A stretch of DNA of 64,000 nucleotides from Nageia nagi (Eukaryota; Plantae; Pinophyta): contig JBITNC010000001.1 of NCBI GenBank assembly GCA_050084985.1, forward strand, positions 5,580,001 through 5,644,000, in the 5' to 3' direction. A model generated the notes under the pieces. The model was not told where the DNA came from, searched no databases, and saw only the letters and a list, made by a program, of their open reading frames with translations. Below are positions 39,660-52,635 of the stretch, piece by piece. The stretch's first letter is position 1; each line of letters opens with the position of its first letter. The translations under genes were made by a program, and so were the position numbers.

Positions 39660-41385
39660 TTTCATGCTCCCATTCGCAGATACACCAAGCAAGAGGTCTT
39701 CCTCTTTTGAAGAAGTATCCTTATGGTGGTTTCACGCCTTTTGGTAAAACGAGTTTTGCTACCAAAATGGAATGTCTTTCTCTTAAATCTTTGTAGTGAG
39801 GGAATGATCAATGTATTGGGCCTCATTTGATAATGGATCATAGCCATCCATGTATGTTAAATTCTAAACAGCTTCCTCATCATGTTCTAATGTTAGAGTA
39901 TCTTCATTGTGGTTTACCTTTTAAGTGTTGGTTTCACTACATATTCTTGTTGTAACCTCAATTTGTGCAAGGATATCTACTATCTTTTGTTTCCTATTCT
40001 CTTCCATATCATGTACTCTCTTCTACAATCTTTTATATTCTTCTTTGCTAGTTGTTGCTTCTACTGTAGCCATAAATAATGATTGCTTCGATTATTTGAT
40101 TTGCTCAAATGATGCAATACTTCTAACCTTTAGATTTTTATTTTCTTAGAGAATACTTTACAACTCTTTTTCCTTGTCTAGTAGCATATTCTTAAGCATG
40201 ATATTTTTTTATTTTATACTTTCATCATCATCTTTTGCTTTTCTTGCATCAAATTTACCTTCTTTGAGAGCAATCACAATTCTAGCAATCTCTTTTGCAT
40301 CGTTGATCTTGAGTTTTTCCAGTTGAGTACATTCCACCAGTTGGTTCTCCCTTTTCTTCCATGCATCCTTGGACTTCTTAACTTCCAATTATGTTCTTTC
40401 AACTTCTCATTTAGCATTTTCAATTTCAACTCTAGTCTCATCCAAAATAGCATAATACTTTTCCTTTATATCTTCTATTGTCCTTTGAGTAAATTTAATC
40501 AACTTATCTTTGTGGGTTGAATCCTATTAAATTTGTGATATCTTTGTGTACTTTAATTTGATGATTGAATGGAATTCAAGATTTCTTTTATGAAGAAGAC
40601 CAATTTCTTCTTCCTTTTTTCAAAGAAAAGATTCAAATTCTATCTTCAAGGATTCCTCTCTTTAATTTTTTGCATTTATTATTGTAGTATCGTATCCTCT
40701 TGTAATGCCACTTGAGCTAGTTCATATTTTTTTTAATTCTAAAATTTGGTCTTGTGTCGCTATCAGAAGTTCACAAATATCATCATACTTTTCTTCTCTT
40801 GCTTCATACTTGCTTTGCATACCTACCAACTTATTCAAACTTTCCCTTGCATCTACATCACATTTTTTATTGAGCACTAATTATTTTTTTGTCATTTGTA
40901 ATTTATCCTCAAGTGAGTGGAACTTTGTTTGTAGTTCATTTATGGTGGTATTTAGTTCTGCATCTAGTTTGGATACTCAAGAGAGTGCATCTTTCTCTCT
41001 CTTCTTGTCCTTTACCAAATCTGACTTGGTATTTGTAATTCATCCTTTATTAATTCTACAACCTTAGCCACATCAATTGATTCACTCTCATTCTTTTCAA
41101 GACGGATGCGTGCCTCCTTTGGGAGTACTTGATTATCTTCTTACTCTTGTAGTAGTGGCATTTACGTGCTTTTTCCTTGCGATATACTTTTTTTTAATCT
41201 TGAATCATCTTTCTTAAATCCATCCTCCCTATTATATCCAAATGTGACTTAAAATCTACTACTTTTTTGTAATTTTATGATTTCTTATTGTACTTCATGT
41301 GTAGCTTATCTAATCTTTCTACCATCAGATTGACTACTTCTTTCACCATATTGATTAGAGTATCTATATTTTGTATATCCATCTT
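39660..41385 (-). pseudogene. Decayed long coiled-coil (K/E-rich) ORF of element A', in the gag position
   Basis: The minus strand is strongly A/G-rich with heptad-like K/E/L content. Its N-terminus ERLDKLHMKYNKKS*NYKKVVDFKSHLDII resembles ELDKLLIEYQRNSKNYKKVVYFRTFLDII at 5010-5210 in element A. Confidence 0.55.
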
Positions 41386-44300
41386 GCTAATTTAAAATTC
41401 CCTTCCTAAAATTTGCCAATTTAATTTTAAAACCTTTGACTATCTTATATCTTCGAATTAAAATTTAAATCTACCTTAGCAAAATTTAAATGACACCATA
41501 AAATAATTTCAAATTTAAATTGCAAATTGTAAATATGAAATTATTCAAACCTAAAAATATTTTTCCTCCATGGTTGGACGAACATCCAACAAGAACAAGG
41601 AGCATCAACTCCTTCAAATTATACTATAAATTCTTCGTACAAACAAGCAAATCCACCTCCAAATCATATAATGTAAAATCACATGTGCAACCATAACATA
41701 TCCAATGATCTCCATATAATAAGCATCATACAATCTACATATCACAAATATGTGATATGACCCTCATGTTATACCACATGAGATCTCCATAGTTCGTACA
41801 TCAATGCTACATCACACTTAGCACTATACTATGCTCCACGAACCATGATCCAAGAACCAAGGCATACAAGATCAATGCATCAACTACTATATCATTGTCC
41901 ATGATACATGATCTAACATGTGCTCTTATGCCCAAACCAGGATATAAGAAACCATCCCATGATGGTATCCATGCATATCCATTGCATCTACCATAACATG
42001 CATGCCATATCCATATGTGTGTCAAGATCCACATACCTTGTCTCCCACACATAGCATGCTCACACAATATGATCTACCACATTCGTATTATATGATCCAT
42101 ATCAATTCCAACATGAACCATATATTATCACCATGTGCTATGCCCAAAACTTGAGCATACTTGACCCTTTCTAGGATACTCCTTCATGCTCTTCCATGCC
42201 CACCCAAGGTAAAAGCATTGATCTAAAAGATTCTTGATGTATCTTACACTACCATATTTATAGGATAAATCCATCCTAAAATCACATAGTAGTATTACAA
42301 TATAATGAGCATAAAACCATGGGCTAAAATCATTCATTAAATTTTGTCCAATTGTCTCCCTTGAAAAATGTAGTTGTAGTCCTGGAAAAACTAGTCAAAT
42401 TGCAGAGCTCACCATAACTTTTGATCTAGAGCTCAATTTTGCATTTTCTTGGAACCATTGGAAAGGTATGTATGTGTAGAATCTACATACATAATGTTTC
42501 TAATTTAGAGCAGTATAGGATCTTAATTTTTCATCTACACCAAAATGTAGTTGTATAAAATATTTCTTTATAAAGGATGAAACACATGCAACAACTATTC
42601 CAGATGTCATATTTGTATGTAGGAATATATAATAGGCCTTCTCCAAGCCCAACAACCTTCAAACATGTCTTACTCTCATGGTTGTATATCTAGTATATTT
42701 TATGCTCGAACGACTTGCTCCCAATATATAAGGATGCCAAATTTTGAACCTTCTAATGGCCTTAAAATTTGAAAGGAAGCCTCAATAGAGCCCAATGACT
42801 ATGCAAAAGTTCTCAAAATGTAGTCTATGGTGAAAATATGATTTGAATCTCCTGGAAGCCATATGTCCTCCTTTGGTGACCTCAAAAATTTGAATTCAAC
42901 TCCAAAATGACCAAACAAACCTTACATAATGCAAATTACCTTAGATATAGGCCTCCTCAATCCAGACAAACTAATCTTCTTATTGTTTTGGTATCCCAAC
43001 TTGCAGTGTAGTCCTTCAAATGTCAAATGATTCACCCTTTTATTCATCGACACTCAAAATTTTATAAATAGTAATCAAATGTTCCTCATGAATGCTCAAG
43101 ATAGTAGATCCAAAGCTTCTTTAAGCCAAATGATGTGCCATTTTAAATACTAAGATATGCATTCAAACCCTTCCAATTTCCAAACGATCCATCAATTGAC
43201 CGTCAAAGTTTGAATTTGTAAGTTAGGAAGGTAAAATGAACCTCCTTATGGACTCAAATATTAGAAATAAACCTTAAAATAGCTAGACAAACTACCCTAA
43301 GATGAGATCAAGTGCTCTAGATCCCAATGTATGCCTTAAAATATATTAGATATGCAATCTTGATACCTTAACTTAGATATTATCCTTATCATGTCCAAAT
43401 GAACCAAATCCATGTGTTATATTGCTCTCCATCAATCTCCTAGTTAGATCTCCTTAATTCTTTCGAAACTATTATGATGTCTCAATCCTCCTTCGACCTT
43501 CCAGTAGGATAGCAAGATCTACTTCAACAGCAACTCTCCAATAGGATGGAGAGATCTCTTTAAATTTCCTCCAAATTTTTCCTTAGTACTTCTTAACTGA
43601 TAGAAGGGTAATATATCAACTCTTCTAATCAACTTGAAATTTTTCTATGCATGAAACCCTTTATTCCAATAGGATGGTAGAATCAAGGCTTTGATACCAC
43701 TGTGATGATCCCAAATTGATAGATCATGCTTAGACCTTCCCTAAGAGAGGGATGTTTGGTTTCTTGCTCTAGATCTAGCCAATTCAACTCAAAATTGTAT
43801 AAACACTCCAACATCTAGCTAATTATGATGAATTTGCAGTAAAAAACTAGAAATGCTCATAGAAACCCAATGTAGGAATAGAGAAGGCAAAATAAGAATT
43901 AAAGTACTAAATATCACTTCTAGTTCTAACATCCAAGAACAAAGAGATAATAATAACATATTGATAGCAATAATGTTATTTTATTGATATATTAATGGTA
44001 GAACTGTAATTATAATGTTTTGTGCCTAAGGAGCTTACACCAAGGTTGCCTCCAATAGGGTTTTTGTGGATGTATCCAAGGCCTTACCAATCACAATAAT
44101 AGTAAGTCCAATCCTAGGGCTTCCTTACTTCTCTATGATGGAACAATAAGGGTTCCTCTCCCAAATGGTTGGATTAATCTCAAGGCTATCCTTCAATCAC
44201 CTTAAGACCTCAAATGCAGATTGCTCCACAAGTGGCAAAGAAAGAGTTCTTACACTCAATCCGATAAAAGGGGGTTTAATCATAAATTTAGCATATCCCT

Positions 44301-46448
44301 TGTCTTCCAGAAGTTCTCCCTTTATAGGAAGGTAATGCAATTTCTAATCTTGCATTGATATCTATCCAATGGTTTGCAAGGTGATCTGTGTGCTCACATA
44401 TCCAACACCCAAGATGGAGGTACCTTGAGATGGGAGTAATCACATACAAGGGCTATGAATACCACGTTGGGTTATGTGAGTCTTCTAGTGCTCTATGGTG
44501 TGTGTCGGGCTTCTTGAGTATCTATAATATAACTAATACTAATTAAATGCCAAGTTACATCCCTTAAGGCTCCACATATGTAATGTCCCCCATTAGATGA
44601 CTAATATTGTATTTACAACTAGTAATTGCCTTGGTATCACAAATACATCATTTTTGGTATTATTACAAATACCATTAATTACAAATACGAAAATACTCAT
44701 AATTAAATACAAATCACTCCTAGATAAACTAAATAGATATTACTTATCCCTAGAGGATGGGCATCACTCTTAAATGAGAGTAAATCATTAATTCGCATGC
44801 ACAAGCGTTATGAGTAGACTAGCCTGGTAGGTAAACTTTAGAGTGCCATAACTTCCTTGTTTCTTGACCGAAAATAAATCATATAATTTGTCAAAATCAT
44901 TGACACAAGGTACTCTTTCCATTCCATGTGTTAAAATGTCCATTTCTAGTTTGTAGAAGATGTAATCTCCTTAAAACCAAAAATGAGTAAAACCTTACAA
45001 ATTAGGGAGATTACATTCAATATACTTGGATTGATTAGTAAATGTACCTTTGGTTGATATCTTTATTTTCATACCAAGAAAGTATTACATTTTTCCTTTT
45101 AGATTATTTTATTAAAATAGTAGAGTTATCATAAATATTGTATTATAAATGTAGAAAAATATGATAATAAAATTTGATCCATCTAACTTTCTATACATAA
45201 TACTTTTAGTTGAACATCATCCATAACTATTTTGTACAAGTAAGAATCAATACTATAGCACCCAGCTATAAGTGCTCTTTTAAGCCCATAAAAATATTTC
45301 TTCAATCAATACATTTTACCTTCATGTCCAAAAACTTTGAATCCTTATTTTTTATCCATGTAAACTTTTTTCTCTAAATATCTATTCAAAAATGCTAATT
45401 TTATATCCATTTTATGTACAACGAGACTAAAATGGGAACCTAGTGCAAGAAGACATCTTACTATTTCTAATCTTGTAATAGGTGCAAAAGTCTCTTTATA
45501 ATCTATTCCTTCTTGTTGAATATATCCTTTGGCAACAAAATGTGCCTTATTTTTCAATATGCTTCCAACAACTTTATTTTGCAACTTACATATTTATTTA
45601 ACACCAATAATAGTCTTATCTTCTAAAGGAGAACAAGCTCTCAAGAATTATTTTTTTAATCTATTCAATTCCATCTTCCATGGCTTTTACCCAATCTTCA
45701 TTCGCACATGCGTCTTTGATATTTGAAGGCTCAACAGTATAAGAGGATAATAATATATAATTTATTACATTCTCATATTGTTTTGATTATAGTCTAATCA
45801 TACTTCTTGTATAATTCTCATCTAACAATTATGATTATGGATGATATTTGTTGAACCTTTTTGTACTAGTACTTCGACTTGAAGATAGAGAATTAGCATT
45901 TACTATAGGAGTGCTAGATTTTTCCTCATGTTGGTATTGTAATGTATCACCATACTTAGTCTTGTTGCTATATGTTCCCCTTCATCAAAGACTACATCTC
46001 TAGTAACATGCAACTTGTTAGTAATGGGACATTAAGATCTATAAGCTTTGGATTTATTATAATATCAAACAAAGACACACTTAATAGATTTATCATCAAG
46101 TTTTCTTCACTTTTTCTCAAGGATGTATATATAACATGTAGAACTAAGAATTTTGAAATGACCAATACTTAAACTTCCTACCATGCCAAGTTCCATAGCA
46201 ATAGAGTTTTTTACCAACTTTGCAGAGCTCTTATTGAGAATATAAATAATTATATGAACAACTTCATCCTAGAACTTATTTGGTAACTCCATTTCCTTTA
46301 GCATATAACATGTCATTTTCAACATGGCCATATTATTCTATTCCACTACTCCATTTTGTTGAGGATTATGTGTAATTGTCAATTCTCTTTGATTCCATAG
46401 TTCCTGCAAAAATCTTTGAACTCATTTGAGTTAAATTCACCTCCATGG

Positions 46449-46593
46449 TTAGTCCTTAAGTTATTAATACAAAAATCAGACTACTTTTCAAGCCATAAAT
46501 ATTTTAAAGGAATCAAAAGCATTAGTCCTTAAGTTATTAATACAAAAATCAGACTACTTTTCAAGCCTTATATATTTTAAAAGAATCAAAAGC
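46449..46593. repeat. ~72-bp tandem duplication inside the integrase of element H
   Basis: TTAGTCCTTAAGTTATTAATACAAAAATCAGACTACTTTTCAAGCC... occurs twice with a few mismatches. Confidence 0.88.
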
Positions 46594-47400
46594 TTACGAT
46601 TTATCATGCAAAAAATATATCCAATTTGTTCTTAAATGATCATAAAAAAAATAATAATAAATATTTGCATTTACCAATTCTTAAGGTTTGCATGGATCCA
46701 CATATATTAATATGCACCAATTCTATTGGTTTCTTAACTCTGAACCTATTATGTGGAAACTTCTGTTTATTTTATTACAAAAAATGGAACCTCCACACAC
46801 TATTTATAGGCTTTATAAATGTGGGTAATCCTTTAACAACACTCTTATTTTACATTTCATCTAGCACTCCAAAATTGAGGTGTCCAAACCTAATATGCCA
46901 GAACCATGCTAAGTCCACAATGGTTTTCAAACCTTTAATAGTTTATTGCATTTTTAGCATATACATATGATTTTCTAACATTAGTACTCTTAACTACAAT
47001 AAGATTGTTACCCTCATTTATGATTCTACTATCATTATTTTTAAAAATAAACTTATAATTTTTTATCATAATCATGCAATAATCAAATGATTATATTTAA
47101 TCCCTAACATATACAAAGTATCATGCATATAAAAAATCTTACTAATCTTTATCATAATTGTTAGAAATTCTTTTCTAGTTATATTCACTTGAATATTGTC
47201 ACCAAACTTGACTTTTCCACTAAAATTTTCATCAAGTCCAATAAATAAGTTCTTAGTTCTAGTCATTTGGTTTAAACATCCACTATCAAAATACAAAATA
47301 TAATCTTCAGAGAAGAGGGTTTCACCTTTTTCTTCACTATAGTACTCTTTTCTCATTTTTTCTTCTAAGAGAAATTATGCAGTGTGATCATTATTTTAGC

Positions 47401-47427
47401 AATAATAATAATAATAATAATAATAAT
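47401..47427. repeat. (AAT)9 microsatellite
   Basis: Perfect run located in the gag zinc-knuckle region of element H. Confidence 0.9.
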
Positions 47428-50400
47428 GGATTGATTCATAATTATTGTAATTTGATCTTCCATGTTCTCTACTATGACCTCTTCCATGACCTCTAAAAGA
47501 AGATGGTGTTCTAGTGGTAGATGACTTCTTTGAATGGGATACTTGTTTATTAATCTTCAATTTGACTTGGAATGCTACATCAATGCCTTCATTCCTATCC
47601 TTTAACTTATTTTCTCAAGTATGCAAGCTATAAAGTATATTAGCTAGATTTCATTTTGAAAAATCTCATTCTTCAATAGCAATTATAATAGGATCAAACT
47701 TCCTAGTAAGGCTTCTTAATACCTTTAATATAATTCTTGTATCATCAAGTGCCTCACCATGTACATGAATAATATTCATCCTATTTTGTGCTCTAATGAT
47801 TAAAAATATATTCTCAAGAGATGAATTTTAACTATTCTCACCTTAAAGAACCTTTGTAGGCACTTTATACAGTCTTTCATACTACCTTTGATTGAGTCCA
47901 TTCAACAATATTAGGAAATATAGAAATATTAATCCCACTTTGTATTAAAAATAAGACATTTGCATCTTTCTTCTTATTCTCCAACAACTCCTCATCATCA
48001 ATAGATAGGGTATTAAAAGTAATTTAATTTTCTAGATCAATGTATTTCTACAAAATAAGACTCCAAAAGTCCTATGGATACTTCAATATTCAAAATTTTC
48101 TCCACTTAACATAGAAATTTGAATTAGAATAAAATTTGATGAACCAATACCACTTGAAAAAATTGGTAAGAACTCTAATACTAGTTCAAGAAAAATAAAA
48201 TATGAATATATGATTTTTTATTATGTATTACAAATACCAAATTGATATTGTAAGGTTTCTATGAAATAAGAACAAGTGCTCTAAAAGAACACAAATAATA
48301 ATGATTATTCACTATTGTAGACAAGGTGGATGTAGAGTGTGGTAGTTTGTATGATGATTGGAACCTAAATAGAGCTCCATGATAGCAAAACCATGCTTGT
48401 AGCTACAATGGTGTAGCCCAAGAACTTATTTGCATTATCTTTTCTCTCTTGTATCACCCTCAAAGCTTTCATAGTAATCCATATTCAAATGCTAGAACTT
48501 CAAAATAGTACGAAGGTTTTACGCACACTTTAAACTTGTTAAAGGATTTGGAGATGTATTTGGATACCAATGGAGGGAAAACTAGCCCTACATTTCTCAT
48601 ATAATCAGAATTGCACATAAATTGGTTTGAATGATTTCCATAAATACTCTCAATGCTTTCACATCAATCAGAATTGCAAGTGTCTTCTTCAATCGGATGA
48701 CCCATGCTCAATTTTATGGCTTAAGCTGACAATAGTGCCAAACCCTAACCTCAATCATGGCACTTTGATTAGGTATCTGACAATACATACAATTTTTATG
48801 AAAACACGGGGTCGTTTATGATAATTCATTTGAGGAGCCTAGCATGGATGGTCACCTTTTATTAGTATGCATTTTTAACACATAATTGGACCCTATGAAG
48901 GTCTTCATGGTCTTGGAAAAATCCAAGAAGTGGTAGCAGTAGTAACAACCATGTATGCCCAAGGATGATGTGTTGGCATAACCACCTAATTGACATAGCC
49001 CATCTTTTTTCTACATGGTCCACATGTGTTGGGCAAAACCTTACAACTGAATGTTGGTTTTACAGCATCTTTTTGGCTCTCTCTAGGTTGTTTTGTTGTT
49101 TTTTGGGTTGTGGTTTGGTTCGAACCATGTTCTTTATATTTAGAGAGTTTGATTTTGCACTAGGCTTGTAGTGAAAATATTCTTCTACATATTCAACCCA
49201 CACCCCTTCCATATGACTAGCGATTTAACTATGAAGAGATGGAAACAAATTAATTAGGATTTCTATGATTTAGGGAAAAGTTGGCAGTTGTGGTTAAGGT
49301 TATTGGTCATACTAGATCAAGAAGACAAGATTATTAGTTCTTGTGAAGTTTTTGGATGATCAGAATTTGCTCATCAAGAGAAATATTGAAGGTTCTATTA
49401 GAAAATAGGAGAAACCAAAATACATGGACTTCAAATAGTTTGCAAAGTATGATACTCTAACAGACATTACAAAACCTTGTAGCTAATTGAAAATGACAAG
49501 GTCATGGAGATTCTGAATTGGTTTCTATGTATGTTCTTCATGTGTATATATTTGCATATACATATCGCTAGAGGTGATGAAGCTAAGTTCGAATTTGAGA
49601 GGCTTAAGAGGATAGAGGAGGAACGAGCACCTATAGAGGTTGCTTCCTTTGCATGTAGTGATATTAACCTACACGCTTCCCTATTAGTATCAATCATGTT
49701 GTGTAGGCAAATTTAGAGTGATATGGCATGATTAGCTATAGATTTACTTGTAAGGAGAATTCAACATTACTATAATTCATAATCTCTACTTGTAAGGGGC
49801 ATATAAACACTTTTCTAGGTCTATCAAATTTGAGTTGATCAAGATTCATATCATAAGCTTTGTCCTCAGCTCTCACAACATGACCATCACTAGTAGCATA
49901 GGTTGCTCTACAAAGAAAAAATATATATATTAAAGATCAACAACATCACGAGAGGTGACAAGGCCAAAACGTGTCACAACAACAAGAAGGTAATTTGCTA
50001 GTTTCCCTTTATAGTGGTAAAGAATTTGTTCATTCTCTTCCTTCTGTATGTTTAGACGAACAAAGAAAAAAAATGTTGCATGCATGCTTTGTATTAAGAG
50101 GGACTTCGTGTGCAAAAAGAAGGAACAAAACAAAATGTTTTGCAGTGCACTCTTTTGAGACTTCTTTCTCTACGATATCTTCAAGTTGTGAATCCAATTG
50201 TTTCAAGATGACGAGTCAATATAGAAGCTCAAAGAAATATTAATCAAATATGTCAAGGTATTGAGCAACATAATCAAATTCCCCATATTTCATAAACCTA
50301 AGTTACTTCATCATAATCGTATCAAAATGGCTCATCCTACCAATCATTTGATTAAGACACGCAATGTTCAAATACAAACATGTCAAGATTAACCATTTCA

Positions 50401-50893
50401 TCAAGAAGTGCTCAAGATCAACCACAATCATAATCAATTCAAAGTACTGAACAAATTACTCCTCATTATCTTGAAGCTACAAATACTTTTGAGAGAACAT
50501 ATAAGAATCAACTATCAATATATATACCTAGTCAACATACAATTCAAAAACTATAACATAAATAATGATTAGAGCTCAACTATCTCAATAACTCCTCTTT
50601 GGTGACCCTTATGTTCAATCAAAATTGGCTATAATTTATGACCATTTTAAGAGAGCTCAACAAGTTACATTCTTATAATCTTAACCAAGAAAGTGTGCCA
50701 AATCCTTAAGGACATGGGTAAGCCACATTCTTTGATATATATGATCAATATTCTTACAATTTCGAGAACATGAAGATCTCACAACCTTTGTATTCATCAA
50801 AACCACTAATTGTTGCTACATTTGAACCTCCTCCTTCCTATCGAGAGCAACAATTCCCAACAACCATGCCCAAGCACCATTATTGTCTCAAGT

Positions 50894-51464
50894 CACTACA
50901 ACACAAAACCCATTTAGTGTCAAGGATATCCAATCAACTTCCAAACACAAATAGCGTCAATTGTGCATCAACAATTTTTCTTACATTTAGTGACACCAAG
51001 TTTGACATCCCATGACGATATAAATGGAGTTGATATTGACGTTACATTTAACAGAATATTTGATTTGTTTGAAACTTTGACATCATGTTTGTCGTCATTG
51101 TTGACACAATTTAATTAAAATATTATGTTATAAATGATGTTGATATTGATATCACGTTTGATGGAATATTTGATTTGTTTGACATCACGTTTGACATCAT
51201 TGTTGACACAATTAAATTAAAATGTGACGTTATAAATGATGCCAAGTACGATGCTATATCCCATTATTAAACTAATTTTGGTTTGTTTTGATGTTGATGT
51301 AAAAAATTATAGGTGTTTTCAAAAAATTATAATAATTTAAGGTTTAAGGTTTTAGGTTTTTAAGGGTTTTAGGCTTTTAAAGGTTTAGGGTTTGGAATTT
51401 TAGGGTTTAAGGTTTTTAAAGGTTTAGGGTTGTAGAGTAATTTAAAGGCTTAAGGGTTGTAGTA
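50894..51464. mobile_element. Possible non-autonomous CACTA element
   Basis: Starts CACTACAACAC and may end GGGTTGTAGTA (8/10 inverted match). Contains ~110-bp tandem units with TTTGACATC/GACGTT motifs and a TTTAGGG-like tract. No 3-bp TSD found. Confidence 0.4.
51335..51460 (+). repeat. Degenerate telomere-like (TTTAGGG) tract
   Basis: Run of TTTAGGG/TTTAAGG/TTTTAGG variants. Confidence 0.7.
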
Positions 51465-52635
51465 CATAAACCCACCAAAAATCAAAACTTGAAACCAAAC
51501 CAACACTTGGAATACCTTGAGGAGATGTTTGAGCATAATAAAAAAGCTACATTACACCTTAACAGTAAAACTAGTATCCCTCAATACATTGGCAAGACTT
51601 GATAACCAAAATCCTTCTTTGACCTTGAAAACTTGATTTCATAACCTATAAATGTAGTTATCAATTCTTTCCATAATAACATTTTTGAAGGAAAATAAAA
51701 ATCATTTGTTCACCAAAAGTAATATAGCAGTGAACTTCACTCTTTAAAATTTGACGATAATTCTGAAAAAAATAAAATCTTTCCTTAAGCAAACAGCCAT
51801 CTATATTCATGTATTTATTCATATAAACATGTCTATTTAACATAATCTAGAAAAAGCCTAGATTCTAAAAACATTTCGATATATATCGTATGTGAACAGT
51901 TCACAATGGTAGGATGCTAGCAACGAAAAGATAACTTCACATTTTTTTCATTTAAAATTTATTCCTACTACATTCAAATGTCAGTGAAAATCAAACTCCT
52001 AAAATCAATGAAACTATTTATAGCATATAATAAAAATACAGTATTTTGAAAATACAACCCAAGGTTAAATATAGAAAATACATCAAAAACGGGAAAAAAA
52101 TGCAAAAAATACTATAGAAGGTAAGTAGTTTTAAAATACTGTTAAATACGAGACCCGTGAAAATACACGTTTAAACGGAAAATAAGTGAAGTTTTTTTAT
52201 TCTATGATTTATACATATTTCTGTAATAGCTACAAAACATTCTATTTAATTAACTAAGATACATTAGTCATATATTTTCGTTATTGTAATAGATTCTATG
52301 TAATAAACAAGGATTCAGTTGTCAAATCTTTTGATTTTTGAAATTGTAGTCTATTTGATTTATGGGGTGCAAATGACACAACTTGGTTTTTGTACTCACT
52401 TCAAAATATATTAAATAATTGACAACCATATAAATAGAAAAAATTGTTATATCATAGAATGATTACATGCAATATGGTTCTATTTCTTTCCTTGTAATCA
52501 AAAACAGGTGATTTCCCTACTTCTCTGCTTTAAAATTTACACTTACTACAAGATTAGATACCAAACAATCATAAGATTTATGCTCAGGTTCATTGTGTTT
52601 TTCATCAAAGACTTAGAAAATATCTTCATAAAAAC

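Larger units (their letters stand above)
33435..45015 (-). mobile_element. Ty3/gypsy-family element A' (11.6 kb) nested in the RT of element H
   Basis: LTRs 43701-45015 (5') and 33435-34731 (3'). PBS GCTTTGATACCA at 43688-43699. PPT region 34732-34760. Flanking TTCA duplication; excision restores QSKYIENLLVRF. Confidence 0.88.
31210..48185 (-). mobile_element. Old, heavily decayed Ty1/copia element H, split by two insertions (31654-33096 and 33435-45015)
   Basis: Minus-strand fragments in copia order: gag (~48130-47400), YFDSGCLNQM protease (ORF 47072-47356), integrase (~46900-46000), RT KAHFVAKGYIQQEGIDYKETFAP (45345-45584), YKSLVCSLMY (33209-33448), RNaseH (31332-31650). PPT CAAAGGGGAG at 31211-31220; degenerate PBS at ~48172-48184. 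LTRs not resolved. Confidence 0.85.

Noticed and set aside
49400-50880. Short ORFs possibly from a transposase or host gene
   Set aside because: Manual translation gave no motif I could recognise; left unannotated.
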